DNA from: an uncultured Acidobacteriota bacterium
GTDB lineage: Bacteria > Acidobacteriota > Vicinamibacteria > Vicinamibacterales > 2-12-FULL-66-21
Assembly: GCA_963836735.1 (NCBI GenBank)
Contig: CAWIKP010000025.1
Span: 253,757 to 317,756 of the forward strand
DNA length: 64,000 nucleotides
Reading direction: 5' to 3'
Made by a program: the position numbers and the translations under genes. Positions 32,880-43,309 of this stretch are shown piece by piece (within the stretch, counting starts at the first letter, position 1; every line of letters begins with the position of its first letter). Below the pieces are notes generated by a model. That model saw nothing but the letters and a program-made list of their open reading frames with translations. It had not been told where the DNA came from and made no database searches.

Positions 32880-33775
32880 TCAGCCGTTCCTGGCGGAGCG
32901 CGGCAGCGCCCGAGCAAGCCACCCATCCCCATCGACTCGACCGCGCTGCTCGGCACGAGCATGAGCGCGCCCTTCTCCTTCAACCCCTCGTACAGCATGT
33001 TCATGGCGCGCAGGTGCAGCGCCGTCGGATTGTCGCGATACGACTTGGCCGCTTCCTGGAAGGAGTGGGCGATCTCCATCTCCGCTTCCCCGAGGATGAT
33101 CCGGGCCTGCTTCTCGCGCGCCGCCTGCGCTTCCCTCGACATCGCGTCCTGCAGCGCGCCGGGAATCACGACGTCGCGCATTTCGACCGAGGACACGGTC
33201 ACGCCCCACGGATTCGACCGCTGGTCGATGAGCGTCTGCAGCTCTTCTTCGATGCGCTCACGGCCGCGCAGCAGATCGGTCAGGGTGGTGCGGCCGATGA
33301 TATCGCGCAGCGCCGTCTGCGCCGCCCAGCTCACGGCCTGCGCGTAGTCCTGCACTTCGAGCGCAGCCTTCTGCGCGTCGTGCACCATCCAGAACAGGAC
33401 CGCGTCGACGTTGACCGGGACGGTGTCCGCGGTCAGCGTCTGCTCGGCGGCGAAGCTGGTGGTGATCGTGCGCTGATCGATCCAGGTGGACACGCGGTCC
33501 ATGAACGGGACAATCCAGAACAATCCCGGGCCGCGCAGCCCGATGAACCGCCCGAACCGCAGGACGATCGCCCGCTCCCATTGCTGCGCGATGCGCGGCG
33601 CCGGCATCAGCACGATGCCGACGAGCGCCATGACGACGAGTGGAAGCGGATTGCCGGTGGCGTTCGTGACGGCGAGGCCGAGCGCCACGGCGCCGATGAG
33701 AATGGCGATGGCGACGACGTTGATTCGCGGTCCGGCGCTCACGTCATCCGAGCGCCGGCTGAGGGCGGACACCAT
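32880..33775 (-). CDS. SPFH/band-7 (stomatin/HflK/C-like) membrane protein; its stop codon is apparently lost to read-through
   Basis: N-terminal TM segment, then SPFH-domain conservation (…IVLRFGRFIGLRGPGLFWIVPFMDRV…VEMRDVVIP…). Confidence 0.75.
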
Positions 33776-33863
33776 TGAACACTCCTCTGCGTGTCACGGC
33801 TCCCGCCGGGACCACGCGCTGACAACTTCGAAGGCAACGGCGCCGAGCTGTGATCCCGCGGCG

Positions 33864-34252
33864 TCATCGCCGTGCCTCTACGGAGCGGTGCTCTTCGAGC
33901 GCCTGCATCACGTCTTCGAGCGTGAACCCGGCGGCGTCCGCGTCGGCCAGCAGCCGGGTGACGAAGGCGCGAAGGCGTCGATCGTGCTCCCGGGGCGGAT
34001 GGGCGCGGGCGGCGGTTCCGCAGACGAACGAGCCACGCCGCGGCGTGTCTCGATGACCCCGGCGCGCTCGAGCTCGGCATAGACGCGGGCCACCGTATTG
34101 GCGTTCACGCTCAGATCGACGGCGAGCTGCCGCACCGTGGGCAGCTGGTCGCCGGGCTGAAGCCGTCCCGTCGCCACCGCCGCCCGCAGCGCCCGCTCGA
34201 GCTGCGCGTAAATCGGCGTGCGGTCGCGGGAGTCGATCGAGACGATGGCCAT
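33864..34252 (-). CDS. GntR-family (YtrA-like, short) transcriptional regulator, frameshifted near 34040
   Basis: HTH stretch PGDQLPTVRQLAVDLSVNANTVARVYAELERAGVIETRRG. Confidence 0.6.
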
Positions 34253-34368
34253 GTCCGCTATTGCTCACTTGTACTAGTTCATTAGAACAATGTCAAGGGC
34301 ACAAAAAAACCCCGGAGCCTGGCGGCCCCGGGGCGAACGGAGGAGGAGGAGGCGATCGAAGACCGTCC

Positions 34369-35385
34369 TCAGTCGCCCGCGACCTTCCGCAGCAGACTGA
34401 GATCGGTGAGCATCTTGCCAGCGCCGAGTACGACCGAGGTCAGGGGATTCTCGGCGACGAGAACCGGCAGGCCGGTCTCGTCGCGCAGCCGCTTGTCGAG
34501 GTTCCGCAGCAGCGCGCCGCCGCCGGTCAGCACGACGCCGCGATCGTAGATGTCGGCGCAGAGCTCGGGCGGCACGCGCTCGAGCGCATCGCGCACCGCC
34601 TGGACGATCGAGCGGATCGGCTCCGCCATCGCGTCGCGAATTTCGCCATCGTCGATGGTGATCGTGCGCGGCACACCCGCCGTGATGTGGCGCCCCTTCA
34701 CTTCCATCGTCAGGCGCTCGTCGAGCGGCGCCGCCGATCCGATTTCGCACTTGATGTGCTCGGCCGTGCGTTCGCCGATCAGCAGCTGGTGGGCGCGCTT
34801 CATGTGCTGGATGATCGCCTCGTCCAGCTTGTTGCCGGCGACGCGGAGCGAGCGCCCGTAGACGGTGCCGGCGAGCGAGATGACGGCGATGTCGGTGGTG
34901 CCGCCGCCGATGTCGATGACCATGTTGCCGGCCGCCTCGGTCACCGGCAGTCCGGACCCAATCGCCGCCGCCATCGGCTCGTCGACCAGGTGCACCTCGC
35001 TCGCCTTGACCCGGTAGCCGCTGTCTTTCACCGCGCGGCGCTCGACCGGCGTGATTTCCGGCGGCACGCCGATCACCAGCCGGGGCCGAACCAGCGGCCG
35101 CTTGCCGTGCGCCTTGCGCACGAAGTGCGTCAGCATCTTCTCGGCGGCTTCGAAGTCGGCGATCACGCCGTCTTTGAGCGGCCGGACAGGCGTGATGTTG
35201 GCCGGCGTCCGGCCGAGCATCTCGTGCGCCTCCAGCCCGACGGCCTCGATCTGGCCGTTGGTGTTGTTGAACGCGACGATGGAAGGTTCATTCAGGACGA
35301 TGCCGCGGCCCCTCGCGAAAATGCAGGTGTTGGCGGTTCCGAGATCGATGGCAACGTCAGTAGCAAAAGCCGAAAAAAGATTCAT
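34369..35385 (-). CDS. mreB: Rod-shape-determining actin homologue MreB/Mbl
   Basis: DLGTANT phosphate-1 motif. DIGGGTTD. Intact. No mreC/mreD follow on either side. Confidence 0.85.
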   Translation of the reverse strand: MNLFSAFATDVAIDLGTANTCIFARGRGIVLNEPSIVAFNNTNGQIEAVGLEAHEMLGRTPANITPVRPLKDGVIADFEAAEKMLTHFVRKAHGKRPLVRPRLVIGVPPEITPVERRAVKDSGYRVKASEVHLVDEPMAAAIGSGLPVTEAAGNMVIDIGGGTTDIAVISLAGTVYGRSLRVAGNKLDEAIIQHMKRAHQLLIGERTAEHIKCEIGSAAPLDERLTMEVKGRHITAGVPRTITIDDGEIRDAMAEPIRSIVQAVRDALERVPPELCADIYDRGVVLTGGGALLRNLDKRLRDETGLPVLVAENPLTSVVLGAGKMLTDLSLLRKVAGD

Positions 35386-35592
35386 GGGGCCTCGTTGACG
35401 GAGCGTGGAGGCATAAAGCGTTCCCCTCCTTTTTGAGCCATCTCGGCCCTCGGCGCCGACAAAATTGCCGGCCAATTGCAGTTGAGCCCGTCGTTCGCAG
35501 CCGCGGCCAATCACGAAATCGACACGGGCTTACGAAACTGAAATCTGCGGCGCACAGACGCCGCGCACGATCGGAGAAAGTCGTCCACGGCT

Positions 35593-37297
35593 ATGATGTC
35601 GCCCATGCGGCATGCGTTCAGACGGTCGATCGTCGTGTGTGCGTGCATCCTCTTCGCGGCGGCCTGCGCCCGGCCGGCCTTCGCGAAGTCCTACTCCGCC
35701 GATCGCTTCGACTCGACGGTTCGGGTCCTCCCGGACGGCACGCTCGAGGTCACCGAAACGGTCGTGTTCCGTTTCCAGGACGGAACCTTCCGTGAAGTGT
35801 TTCGGGAGATTCCGACCCGCAGGACAGATGGCATCGAAGTCGTGCGGGCCGAAATGCAGGGAGAGCCGCTCCCCTTCGGCACCGAATCGGGTACTGCAGA
35901 GGTGCGGCATCGAAGCGGACGCGTGCGCGTGGTCTGGCGTTTCCGGCCAATCGAAAACGTGACGCGGACGTTCATCCTCAACTACCGCGTCAAGGGTGCC
36001 ATTCGTGAAGAAGGCGGCGCGGATCTTCTCGTGTGGCGGGGTACGCCCGGCGAGCACGCGTACACAATCGGGACCAGCACTCTGCGATTCGAGCTTCCTG
36101 GCCTCCCGCTCGCGGAACCAGGCGTGAGCACGCGGAAGACCGGGAGCTTCGACGTCGTCCGCTCGGGCAACGCCGTGGAAGTGAGAGCCGCGCGCATCGG
36201 GACCAACGGCTGGATCGATACGGCCCTGCGGCTGCCCGCCGGCAGCGTGCTCGCGACGCCGCCGCTCTGGCAGCAGCGGGCGGCCCACATCCAGGCGCAG
36301 GCGCTCAACTGGATCGCCGGCGCTGCGACGGTGATTGCGGCCGGTTTCCTGCTGATGATTGCGTGGCGGCAGGGCTACGATCGCCCGCCCGATCCGGAAG
36401 CTCCGCGTGCGGCTTCGCCGCCGGCTCCCGACGATCTGAGCCCGGCGCTCGGCGGCGTCGTGGCCGCCAACGGCGGGCCAACACTCGAGCACGCGATGGC
36501 AGCGCTGTTCGCGCTGGCGGATCGCGGCGAGATCGAGATCGAGGAAAAGCCGCGCGGGCTCTTCGGCCAGCGGGACTTCCAGATCACCCGGCGCGCGCCG
36601 CGAACCACCATCGCCCCGTACGAGCGGCGCGTGCTCGACCTGGCGTTTGGCGGGACCTCCGCCCCGGGGGAGACGGCAACACTCTCCCAGGCCCGGTCGC
36701 GAATCACGCGCGGGTTCCGGAAAGTCTCGGCGGACCTTCGGCAGGCGCTCGCCGCCGCGGGACTCCTCGACCAGGCCCGGATCGGACTGCGCCAGCGCTA
36801 CCAGGTTTTCGGGATAGTGATGCTGATGGCGGCGCTGGGTGCGCTGATCCCGGCCGTGGTGATGATCGACGATCGCGGGCCGTGGACCCTGCTGATTCCG
36901 GCGGGGCTGCTCATCGTCGGCGTTTCGGCGCTGATTTTCGGCGCGACCATCACGCCGCTTTCAAATGAGGGGTACCGCCGCGGACATCGGTGGCGGGCCT
37001 ATCGCGACTATCTATCCAGGGTCGCCCGCGGGCGTGAGCCGTCGACCGGGGTCATGCTCTCGAACGTTCTGCCGATCGCGATTGCTCTCGGGCTGGCGGG
37101 ATCGTGGGCGAAGTTCCTCAAGACGCAGGGCATGCCTGCCCCGGCCATGGTTTCGAGCCCTGCCATCGGGCGGCGACAATGCCGCCTTCGTCGCGTTCAT
37201 CGCACACGGCGGCGCGAGCGCACAGGGCGGCGCTCATGGCGCAGCCGGCGGGGGCGCAGGCGCGGCAGCCGGGGGCGGGGCGTCGGGCGCCGGCTAG
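35593..37297 (+). CDS. DUF2207-family membrane protein (signal peptide, extracellular domain, TM segments, Gly-rich tail); 3' frameshift
   Basis: Signal peptide. Central TM block. A C-terminal GGASAQGGAHGAAGGGAGAAAGGG tail is found in a shifted frame (ORF 36965-37297). Confidence 0.55.
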
Positions 37298-37365
37298 CGC
37301 CGGGCGCCGGCCAGCGTTGGCGCCGCCAGCTCGGGGCGGCCTGACCCGGGTCCCGCGGCAGCGTT

Positions 37366-37584
37366 CTACGCCTGACGGGCGAGACGTGCGAGATGGGCCA
37401 GCATCTGCTGCCGGTGCGCGACGGCACGCGGGTTGAGGTTCCGCGCGGGCTCCTCGAAGGGGAGCGATCGCTGAGCCCAGGCCTCGCGGCGCTCGCGCAC
37501 CCGCTCCATCCCTGCCTTGAAGCACTGGAAGCACACGGCCTGGGTCGCACAGATGTGATCGTCGCGTTTCGGTGTCGTTGCCAT
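37366..37584 (-). CDS. Small 72-aa protein with an H-x-C-x5-C-x2-C cluster (hypothetical)
   Basis: AGAGGAA lies 7 nt upstream of the ATG. Sequence MATTPKRDDHICATQAVCFQCFKAG…. Confidence 0.35.
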   Translation of the reverse strand: MATTPKRDDHICATQAVCFQCFKAGMERVRERREAWAQRSLPFEEPARNLNPRAVAHRQQMLAHLARLARQA

Positions 37585-37628
37585 CGGTCGATTCCTCTTT
37601 CAGTCCCGGCGTCTTCAGTTCTGCCTTT

Positions 37629-37847
37629 TCAGCCCCGGTCGTCCATCAGGTCCAGCAGGTGACGGGCGCGAATCTGCGCCCTCCGGCGCCGGGCGTCGAG
37701 CACCCGGTACTTGTCCGGACCGGTGAGCTGTTCCGCCCCCGACGCCAGCCGGAGGCCGGCCCGCCCGCGGCTGCCCGTGCTCGTCACCCTCGTCGGCACC
37801 TCGCCAAAATCCAGCTTCAACGCCAGCGATCCTTCGAATCCCGTCAT
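37629..37847 (-). CDS. Small 72-aa basic protein (hypothetical), in tandem with the previous small ORF
   Basis: Strong SD (GGAGGGAGCAGGAG) directly upstream of the ATG. Confidence 0.35.
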   Translation of the reverse strand: MTGFEGSLALKLDFGEVPTRVTSTGSRGRAGLRLASGAEQLTGPDKYRVLDARRRRAQIRARHLLDLMDDRG

Positions 37848-37941
37848 CTCCTGCTCCCTCCGCAGCGGGTGCTCCCCGCCGCCAGCGCCAGTCTACGAAG
37901 AGGGTGTGACAGGACAGGTCAACCCCGTTACGCCTCCGTCG

Positions 37942-37970
37942 TTGACAGGGCGCCGACGGCCGCTGAAAAT
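37942..37970 (+). promoter_or_regulatory. Candidate sigma-70-type promoter (TTGACA-17-GAAAAT) facing the WYL regulator
   Basis: TTGACAgggcgccgacggccgctGAAAAT seen directly. A weak -10. Confidence 0.2.
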
Positions 37971-38306
37971 CTCAGCCTCCGGACCGTCCTTCCGGGTTTC
38001 AGTGCGTCAGTCGCTCTAATCAGAGGTGTCCATGAAGGGGTCGAAACATTCCCGCGGCCTCAGCGTGTGCGCGATGGCGATGCTCGCAATCAGCCGACGG
38101 ACTGGCTGGTCCTCGACACTCACACGGTGCGGCTGCGGGCGGAGCGGTCCGGCAGAGGGACCGGACGGATCTCCACCGTCACGGTGAGCTGCACCGATGC
38201 GTCCGGGAACACCGCATCAGCGGGCGCGACCGTGAGCGTGTCAAAGTAAGTGGCCTGATGATGTCCCTCGAACCGCACGTCGCGCCGGCGGCCGGCGTCT
38301 GAGTCC

Positions 38307-39284
38307 ATGCCGCGAAACGCCGAGGTCATGAGGCAGTGGACCATTCTCCGCGAGCTCGAATCGTCGCGCCGGCTGACGATCGACGAGATGGCGGAGAAGA
38401 CCGGGGTCACGACGCGCACCATTCGCCGTGACCTCGAGGCGCTCCAGTTCGTCGGCTTTCCGATCTACGACGAGGTGTACGACGGCAAGAAGTACTGGCT
38501 GCTCGAGCAGAAGGCATTCAAGCGCCTCGACGCCACCGGGTTCACCTTCGCTGAACTGAGCGCGCTGTACTTCAGCCGCACGCTCGTCGAATGCCTGGCG
38601 GCCACTCCTTTCCAGCAGGATGTGAAGAGCGCCTTCGATCGGCTGGCCGTGGCCCTCACCCCGGGCATGCGAACGTTCCTCGATCGGCTCCCGCTCGTCA
38701 TCCAGGCCAAGCCGGAGCCCGGCACCCAGTCCGCCTCGCCGCGGACCAAGGAGATTGCGCAGCTCCTCGACGCAACCCTGCAGCACCGCCGCGTGGTCAT
38801 GCGCTACCACTCGTTCTCGAGCGAACGCGAGAAGGCCTACACCGTCGAGCCCTCGCGGCTGGTATTCGCGCAGGGGGCGCTGTACCTGATGGCCTATGTG
38901 CCGGAGTATTCGGAGGTCCGGACGTTCGCCGTCGACCGGATCAAATCGCTGTCGGTCACGGAAGAGCGGTTCGAGCCGGTCGAAAGCGACGAGGCCGTCT
39001 TCGCCCACTCACTCGGCGTCCATCACGGCACACCGGAACACGTGGAGATCGTGTTCGAACCCCGGATCGCTCCGTATCTCCGCGAGCGCATGTGGCACAG
39101 CTCGCAGACCGTGCGCGACGCAGCGGACGGCCGCATCGTGGTGACGCTGAACGTGTCGAACGACTTCGCGCTGCGGAGCTGGATCCTCAGCTTCGGCGCG
39201 CTGGCCAGGGTCATCACGCCGAGCGCCATTGCGGAAGCCATCGAGGAGGAAGCGGGAAGGATGGTCGCGCGCTATCGCGAATAG
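38307..39284 (+). CDS. WYL-domain transcriptional regulator (HTH-WYL-WCX architecture)
   Basis: N-terminal HTH (RLTIDEMAEKTGVTTRTIRRDLEAL). Central WYL-like region. C-terminal WCX-like extension. Intact. Confidence 0.75.
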   Translation: MPRNAEVMRQWTILRELESSRRLTIDEMAEKTGVTTRTIRRDLEALQFVGFPIYDEVYDGKKYWLLEQKAFKRLDATGFTFAELSALYFSRTLVECLAATPFQQDVKSAFDRLAVALTPGMRTFLDRLPLVIQAKPEPGTQSASPRTKEIAQLLDATLQHRRVVMRYHSFSSEREKAYTVEPSRLVFAQGALYLMAYVPEYSEVRTFAVDRIKSLSVTEERFEPVESDEAVFAHSLGVHHGTPEHVEIVFEPRIAPYLRERMWHSSQTVRDAADGRIVVTLNVSNDFALRSWILSFGALARVITPSAIAEAIEEEAGRMVARYRE

Positions 39285-39339
39285 TGCATTGCCAGACCTG
39301 CGATCGACCCAGCTTCGGTGGCGAACCGCGAGCCGCGGA

Positions 39340-40304
39340 TTAGATCGCTTCGAAAAGCGTCAGCGCGAATGCCGCGTCGCGGTCGACCCACTGCGTGTTG
39401 AGCGCGAAACCCGTCCGGGATCCGAGAGCGACGATCGAGTGCTCGGTGTACTTGTAGGAGCTTTCCGTCCAGATCGATTCCCCCGCCTTGAACCGGACTC
39501 TGACTGACGGCGCCGCCAGCCGCACCTCCTGATCGTGCAGGCTGACCAGGTGCATCTCGACCCGCTGCTCGGCGTTCGTTCCAGATCGCACGATGTTCGA
39601 AACCAGTCCAGATCGAAGTCCGCTCCGAGCTCGCGGTTGATGCGCACCAGCAGGTTCTTGTTGAAGGCGGCGGTCACGCCGAGCGGATCGTCGTAGGCGA
39701 GGGTCAGCGTGTGCCGGGGTTTCACCAGGTCCGCGCCGAGCAGCAGGGCCGATCCGGGCTGCAGCGCGTGGCGAATCGATCGCAGCAGCGATTCGGCAAC
39801 CGGGCGATCGAAGTTGCCGATGTTGGATCCCAGGAACAGCACGAGAGCGGGGCCGCGGGCACGGAGCAGGGGCCGCACGCGATCGAGCCCGACTTCGTAG
39901 GGCGCCTCGTGCCGGATCACCGACAGATGTGACAGCCCCGCCAGCCGCGCGGCCGTCGCCTGCAGCGCGTCCGGCGAAATGTCGATCAGGTGAACATCGA
40001 CGGGCACGTCGGGAAGCGCCGTCAGCACGACCTCGATCTTTTCGCCGTTGCCGCAGCCCAGTTCGACGACCGTCGGATCGTCCAGCCATCCGGGGACGGC
40101 CGTGGCGAGCTCGGGCGCGTGCTGGCGGAGCAATCTCGCCTCGGCGCGCGTGATCCGATACCACGGCAGACGGCAGATCGCATCGAACAGGCTCGAGCCG
40201 AGCGCGTCGTACAGGTAGCGCGACTGGAGCTGCTTCGGCGTGCGCTGCAGATCGCGCACGACATCGGCGGCGAACGCGTCGGTCAGGGTGCTTTCGGGAA
40301 TCAC
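39340..40304 (-). CDS. egtD: L-histidine N-alpha-methyltransferase EgtD (ergothioneine pathway), with one frameshift near 39560
   Basis: LYDALGSSLFDAICRLPWYR motif. SAM-MTase motif VVELGCGNG. C-terminal …ESIWTESSYKYT… in the second frame. Confidence 0.7.
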
Positions 40305-40307
40305 TGA

Positions 40308-41712
40308 TCAGGCCTGCCGGGACGTGCGCGCCACGGTGCGGAACTTGGCGTACACGTAGGGATAGTTCGTCCTGAACCAGTTGCGGAAGGACGGCCGAAC
40401 CAGCTCGCGCGCCGTCGCGGGCGAGGCTCCTTTCAGCACCACGTGGAGCCCGTCGAAGAACTCCGCGGAGTATTCGGGATAGGAGGGCATCGCCGCGAAA
40501 CCGGGGAACGGCGCGAACTCGCTCTCCGTCCACTCCCAGCCGTTGCCGACCAGATCGTGAACGCCCCAGGCGCTCACGCCTGCTGGACGCGCGCCGGCGG
40601 CAACCGGCTCCCACGAGGTGAAGTCGAAGTTTCCGTGCGCGGCGGTCGGAGCCGCGGAACCCCACGGATACGGTGACTCGTCGCCTGACGGAGTGGCGAA
40701 CGCCGCACGATGGAACTCCGCCTCGGTCGGCAGGCGGCGGCCCTGCCATCGCGCGTACGCCGAGGCTTCCGCCTGGCTGACATAGACCGGCCACGCGAGC
40801 GGCAATGGAATGTCCTCGAACATCCCGCGCCAGGCCCACGCCCCCTTCGCCAGCGCGGCGCCTGATCCGGCGCCATCGCGCTCGAAGACCCAGAACGCCG
40901 GATGCGAGATCTTCTCGCGCTCCCGCCACTCCCAGCTGGCATCGTCCCAGAGATCGCGGCGATCGTAGCCGCCGTCGCCGATGAACTGCAGGAAGTCGGC
41001 ATTGGTCACGCTGTGCGCGTCGATGTCGAATTCCGGCGACCGGGACGGCGATCTCGCCGAACTCGTTGTCCCAGCCGAACGGAATGCGATCGCGTCGGGC
41101 GCCGAGCGTCGCGCGCCCGGCGGGGACGTCGATCCGCGCGATTGGACGGAGGCGCCGCGTCGAGCTCGTAGTGCACGCCGCGAGGCTTGCGCTTGTGCGG
41201 CGTACGGCAGCCGCCGCCACATGTAGAGCAGCGTCTCCTGGTGCATCGCCTCGTGCTCGAGCGCCGTGAAGATGGCCTCCCCGCGGGCCATGGCGGGATG
41301 CGTCGCTGCCCGCGAGATCGAACGCTCGCACTGCTCGAGCGCCTCGATCACCGCGGCATCGGCGGCCGCGCCGTAGTCGAGCACCTCCTGGCGCGTCGGC
41401 CAGATGGTCGCCGGCGCCGCTGCGCGGCACGGCCTGCTGCTCGCTCTCGGGATCGATGCCGCGGGCGAACAGCGTCTCGTATCGCGCGTCGACGCCGTCG
41501 TGTCCGAGGCCGCGCTTGAGGAACGAGATCACGCTGAAGGCCGGCAGGTGCCCCTCGTAGAACACGATCGGATTGCGCAGCGCGATCGGCCGCGTGTAGT
41601 AGACGTCGGGATCGATCAGATCGAACAGCGCGCGCGAGCGCGCGCGGTTCCGGCGATACCAGTCGACCAGCGTGGGCCGCGCGATCGAGGGTGTCGGTCG
41701 AGACCGGCATCA
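40308..41712 (-). CDS. egtB: EgtB-type sulfoxide synthase (DinB_2 domain plus FGE-sulfatase domain), with several frameshifts
   Basis: N-terminal PIVFYEGHLPAFSVISFLKRG (DinB-like His motif). C-terminal FGE-like domain (…HDLVGNGWEWTESEF…). Manual frame reconstruction near 41650-41712. Confidence 0.7.
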
Positions 41713-42595
41713 CGCCACCCGCCGTTTCCGCGCGTCCGCGCGACGGGCAGAGGCCGGCTTCGAGGCCGCCGCCGCTTTGCGAGCGCCGTCCGCGCGGCGC
41801 CCTTGCGCGGCCGCGCCCTTCTGCCCCGTCCCTCGAGGCTGGCGCGCAGCCGCGCCATCAGATCGATCACCTCGGCCTGCTGCGGCGGCTCGCGCTCCTT
41901 CAGTCGCGGCGTCTTCCCTTTCAGCTTGCCTTGATGACGCCGCATCAGATTCTCTTTGTACTCGTCGGTGTACTTCGCCGGCTCCCACTCGGCGCTCAGG
42001 CTCTCGACCAGCTGCCGCGCCATCCTCAGCTCCGCCGGCCGGATGTCGCCGGCCTTCGGAAACTTGAAGTCGTCCGAGGTCGGCCAGCTCGTCGGCAAAC
42101 CGCATCATCGTCAGCACCAGCGCGTCCCCGATGGCTTCGACCGCGGCCAGGTGCTGGGCGTCCCGAAGAATGATCTTGGCGATGCCGATTTTTCCCGACT
42201 CCGCGGATGGCTTCCCGGATCAGCGCATAGGCGCGATCGGCGCCCTTGCCCGCCTGCAGGTAGTACGGCGTCTCGAAGTAGCGCTCGTCGATCTCCTTCG
42301 GGTCGACGAAGTCGAGGATGTCGATCGTCTTCGTCTTCTCGAGCGCCGCCGTCTTGAAATCGTCCTTGGTGAGGACGACGAACTGCCCCTTCTCGTACTC
42401 GAAGCCCTTGACGAGATCCTCCCAGGCGACCGGCTTGCCGTCCGCCTGGCAGACCCGCTCGTAGTGCACCGGCGACTCGTCTTTCGCGTGCAGCAGCCGG
42501 AACCGCGGCCGATGATCGCGCGTCGCGCTGTACAGCTCGACCGGAATGTTCACGAGCCCGAACGCGATCGCGCCTTTCCACATGGCGCGAGCCAT
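41710..42595 (-). CDS. ku: Ku protein (non-homologous end joining), frameshifted
   Basis: N-terminus MARAMWKGAIAFGLVNIPVELYSAT…. Lys/Arg/Ala-rich C-terminal tail. Pieces lie in ORFs 42026-42595, 41616-42098 and 41710-42117. Confidence 0.7.
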
Positions 42596-43015
42596 ATCAA
42601 TCCCCTATCGCTACGACCTGAGTCCCGAGTCCCGAGTCCCGACCTAGCTACATCCAATCCCCAACGTCCGTCATGCTGCGTATCGAAGTCAAGGCGGCGC
42701 CGGCTGGCGCAACGTGTCGGTGCGGACGGCCTTCCATGAGGAGGTGGAGCGCGAGTCTCATGGATCGCATTACAGCAGATTTTGCCGGTCGCGGGGCGAG
42801 GCGAATGTGACCGGAGGACGAGCGTTTTGCTCGGCTAATGCAGAGCTTCCGCGCCCAGGAGTGCTCGTTACGCGACCGGCGAATGGCGCCGTCGACCTCG
42901 ACTGTCGAGATCTGCCGCGCCCGATGATGGAGGTCACGCCCGGCAACCCTCGGCCGGTCGCAGCGGAAAGGAGCCGGAAACCGGCGATTGTTGTACTCTT
43001 GATTGATCGACTGAC

Positions 43016-43099
43016 GCGAAAGTGGCGGAACTGGCAGACGCGCCGGACTTAGGATCCGGTAGCCGAAAGGCTATGGGGGTTCGACTCCCCCCTTTCGCA
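43016..43099 (+). tRNA. tRNA-Leu (anticodon TAG)
   Basis: Manual fold. Acceptor GCGAAAG pairs with CTTTCGC. D-arm GCGG…CGCG. Anticodon stem CCGGA/TCCGG with loop CTTAGGA. Long variable arm TAGCCGAAAGGCTAT. T-arm GGGGG-TTCGACT-CCCCC. Discriminator A. Very similar to canonical bacterial tRNA-Leu. Confidence 0.8.
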
Positions 43100-43309
43100 C
43101 TCCTTCGCTCCTGCCGCATCGCGCGAGCTCGCGAGCGCAAGCGCGTGAGCGGCTCGGCAGCTCCGCCTGACGGCGAGCGCGGATCGCGTCGACGTGCTCC
43201 GCGAGCGAGCGGAGCGAGGCGGAGGGCACCGCAGTGCGAGCGACGCGAGGTCCGCGGGAAGCGCCGCGACTCACTGTTGCTCCGGAGCGGCGATAGTCCC
43301 TGATCAAGA

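Noticed and set aside
30227-33775. A single 1182-aa SPFH-permease fusion protein
   Set aside because: The permease has its own ATG with a GGGAGG SD. A separate SD-led micro-ORF lies between the two. The linking segment is low-complexity. A lost stop or indel is more likely, given the error pattern.
42600-43015. Short ORFs in the ku-tRNA spacer (42714-43052 and others)
   Set aside because: They overlap the tRNA-Leu gene and heptamer repeats and have no SD or coding signal.
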